Assembly: GCF_041956535.1 (NCBI RefSeq)
Contig: NW_027192231.1
Coordinates: 37,203 to 101,202 of the forward strand
DNA from: Calcarisporiella thermophila CBS 279.70
Lineage: Eukaryota > Fungi > Calcarisporiellomycota
Direction: 5' to 3'
Length of the DNA: 64,000 bases
Shown here: positions 62,662 to 64,000 of the stretch, one piece after another
How positions within the stretch are numbered: position 1 is the first letter of the stretch
Layout: every line of letters starts with the position of its first letter
Notes under the pieces: model-generated
The model's input: only the letters and a program-made list of their open reading frames with translations
Told to the model about the DNA's origin: nothing
The model's database searches: none
Translations under genes and position numbers: made by a program

Positions 62662-64000
62662 TTTTTTTTTTTGATCAATGCCGAGTCTTTATTGTATAGG
62701 AAGACTCTAAAATACAATTGTTACATTATTATAAGCAATAAAGTGAAAGGGAAGTCAAAGCTAAAGCTTTGGGTGATATCGTAGATCGAAATGATATGTT
62801 GATCATATCGACTTTCAGCTCAAATAGGTAAGGGAATGTTGAAACTCAACTAACTGTGGATATCAAAGGATAACATGAGAGGTGGGGTGGGGTGTAAACA
62901 AGTGGAAGCAGAGGATAGGAAGGGGATAAGGTAGGGATTACTGCGTTATCCCAGTATCAGTGCCGCTCCGATCGCTCCTTCTCTAACCGCACCCAGCTTG
63001 CACCATCTTCTTCGAAACTGTTCGATTTGCCGGTTTTTTCGTGCTCGGGTTAGTTCGGCTCCTATCACTTCCTCAATATCTAGTTTGGCCCGGCTGATGA
63101 TTATTTCGGGTGAGGCTCGGGTGCTTTCGAAATGAAAGGCGATCCGATCTCGGTGGATTTGCCACAGCACCGAGTCAAAGGTAATTCAGGCTACGTGTCT
63201 CGCTGTTCTCGAGGATTCCGTGAGGTCTCCTAGTATGAGGTTACGAGCATTCAGCACCGGAGTATTCTGGGGGCCTGTGATGGTGACGATGCACCTCTCC
63301 GCCCATTGCCATACTGGTGTGAGTTCAGGACATTCGAAGAAAGTATGCCGAATTGTGTCTCTCGAGGCGTTACATCGGTTAGCGTACATGCTCAAGAGAT
63401 TATGCTTCAGAATGCTTGCCCACAGAGGTGTTTTTGGGTCTTGGTTGGGCCTTTTTAGTAACTCTGCGAACTTTGGTATCCATGAGGCAAGTAGGGCTGT
63501 TATTTGGTGGCGAGGGAGAATGAGTCCAAGTCCACCTTCTTCTCGAGATTTTGCTAGCAATTTGAGACTGATTTGCGGGCCACGTCCGTCCCATAAGAAC
63601 TGCCGTATTATTTCGTCCAGCTCTTTGAAGAAGTATTCATGTGGGCGTATAATTGTGGCAACGTACCATATTCGGGACAATAGTCGAGAGTTGATCAGGT
63701 GGACTTTACCGAGGAGTGAGAGTTTCCGAATCCTCCATGATTGGATCGTTTGTCTCAGCTTTGTTAATTGACATGTGTAATAAGCCTCACTTGGGTGGTC
63801 TGGCATTTGTGTGGGCTTATCTGCTGTCGGAAGGTAAATTGGAATGCCGAGGCAGGTAACTATCCCCCCTGCTGGAATGTATTCACATCTGGGGTTTATC
63901 GAGGCGCGAGCACTTAGCGTGAGGGCGACCGCTTCCGTTTTGTTGATGTTGACTTTTGCGTCCGCAGCTCTCGAGTATATGTCGAGGATTTGAAACAGGA
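62662..64000 (-). mobile_element. Second L1/Tx1-like LINE family: RT C-terminus to poly(A), with a premature stop; continues beyond the window
   Basis: AKVNINKT, CLGIP, LSLLGKVHLINS, FLWDG, EEGGLGL, TIRHTFFECP and LWQIHRDR. In-frame stop at 63186-63188. 3' end AATAAAGACTC...TTGATC(A)11. Confidence 0.9.

Overview
Intron-rich eukaryotic genomic DNA, most likely from an early-diverging fungus (Mucoromycota/Zoopagomycota-like; inferred from gene content, short GT-AG introns and CTAAC branch sites). Housekeeping genes: GCV3, cystinosin/ERS1, a Pho85-type cyclin, a homeobox TF, a PGAP4-like glycosyltransferase, a class 3 lipase, YSH1/CPSF3, TRM112, PP4 catalytic subunit, dynactin p150, a GBF1/GEA Sec7 GEF, MRPL35, an MCT-type MFS transporter and a DHHC palmitoyltransferase. 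There are three tRNA genes (Pro-AGG, Asp-GTC, Ser-AGA). Accessory content: a decayed MULE transposase, a solo gag-zinc knuckle-pseudoprotease gene with one in-frame TGA, a spliced and secreted bacterial-type M23 peptidase, and three small secreted Cys-containing proteins. The most striking structure lies next to the tRNA genes. L1/Tx1-like LINE fragments and several SINE families (tRNA-like heads ending in encoded ACCA, LINE-like 3' tails) are stacked head-to-tail with their 5' ends facing the tRNA gene, starting about 65-80 bp upstream. The same short target sequence is re-duplicated at successive junctions. This suggests a tRNA-gene-targeted non-LTR retrotransposon/SINE system analogous to Dictyostelium TRE5. 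Assembly gaps are at 44165-44584 and 61830-62152.
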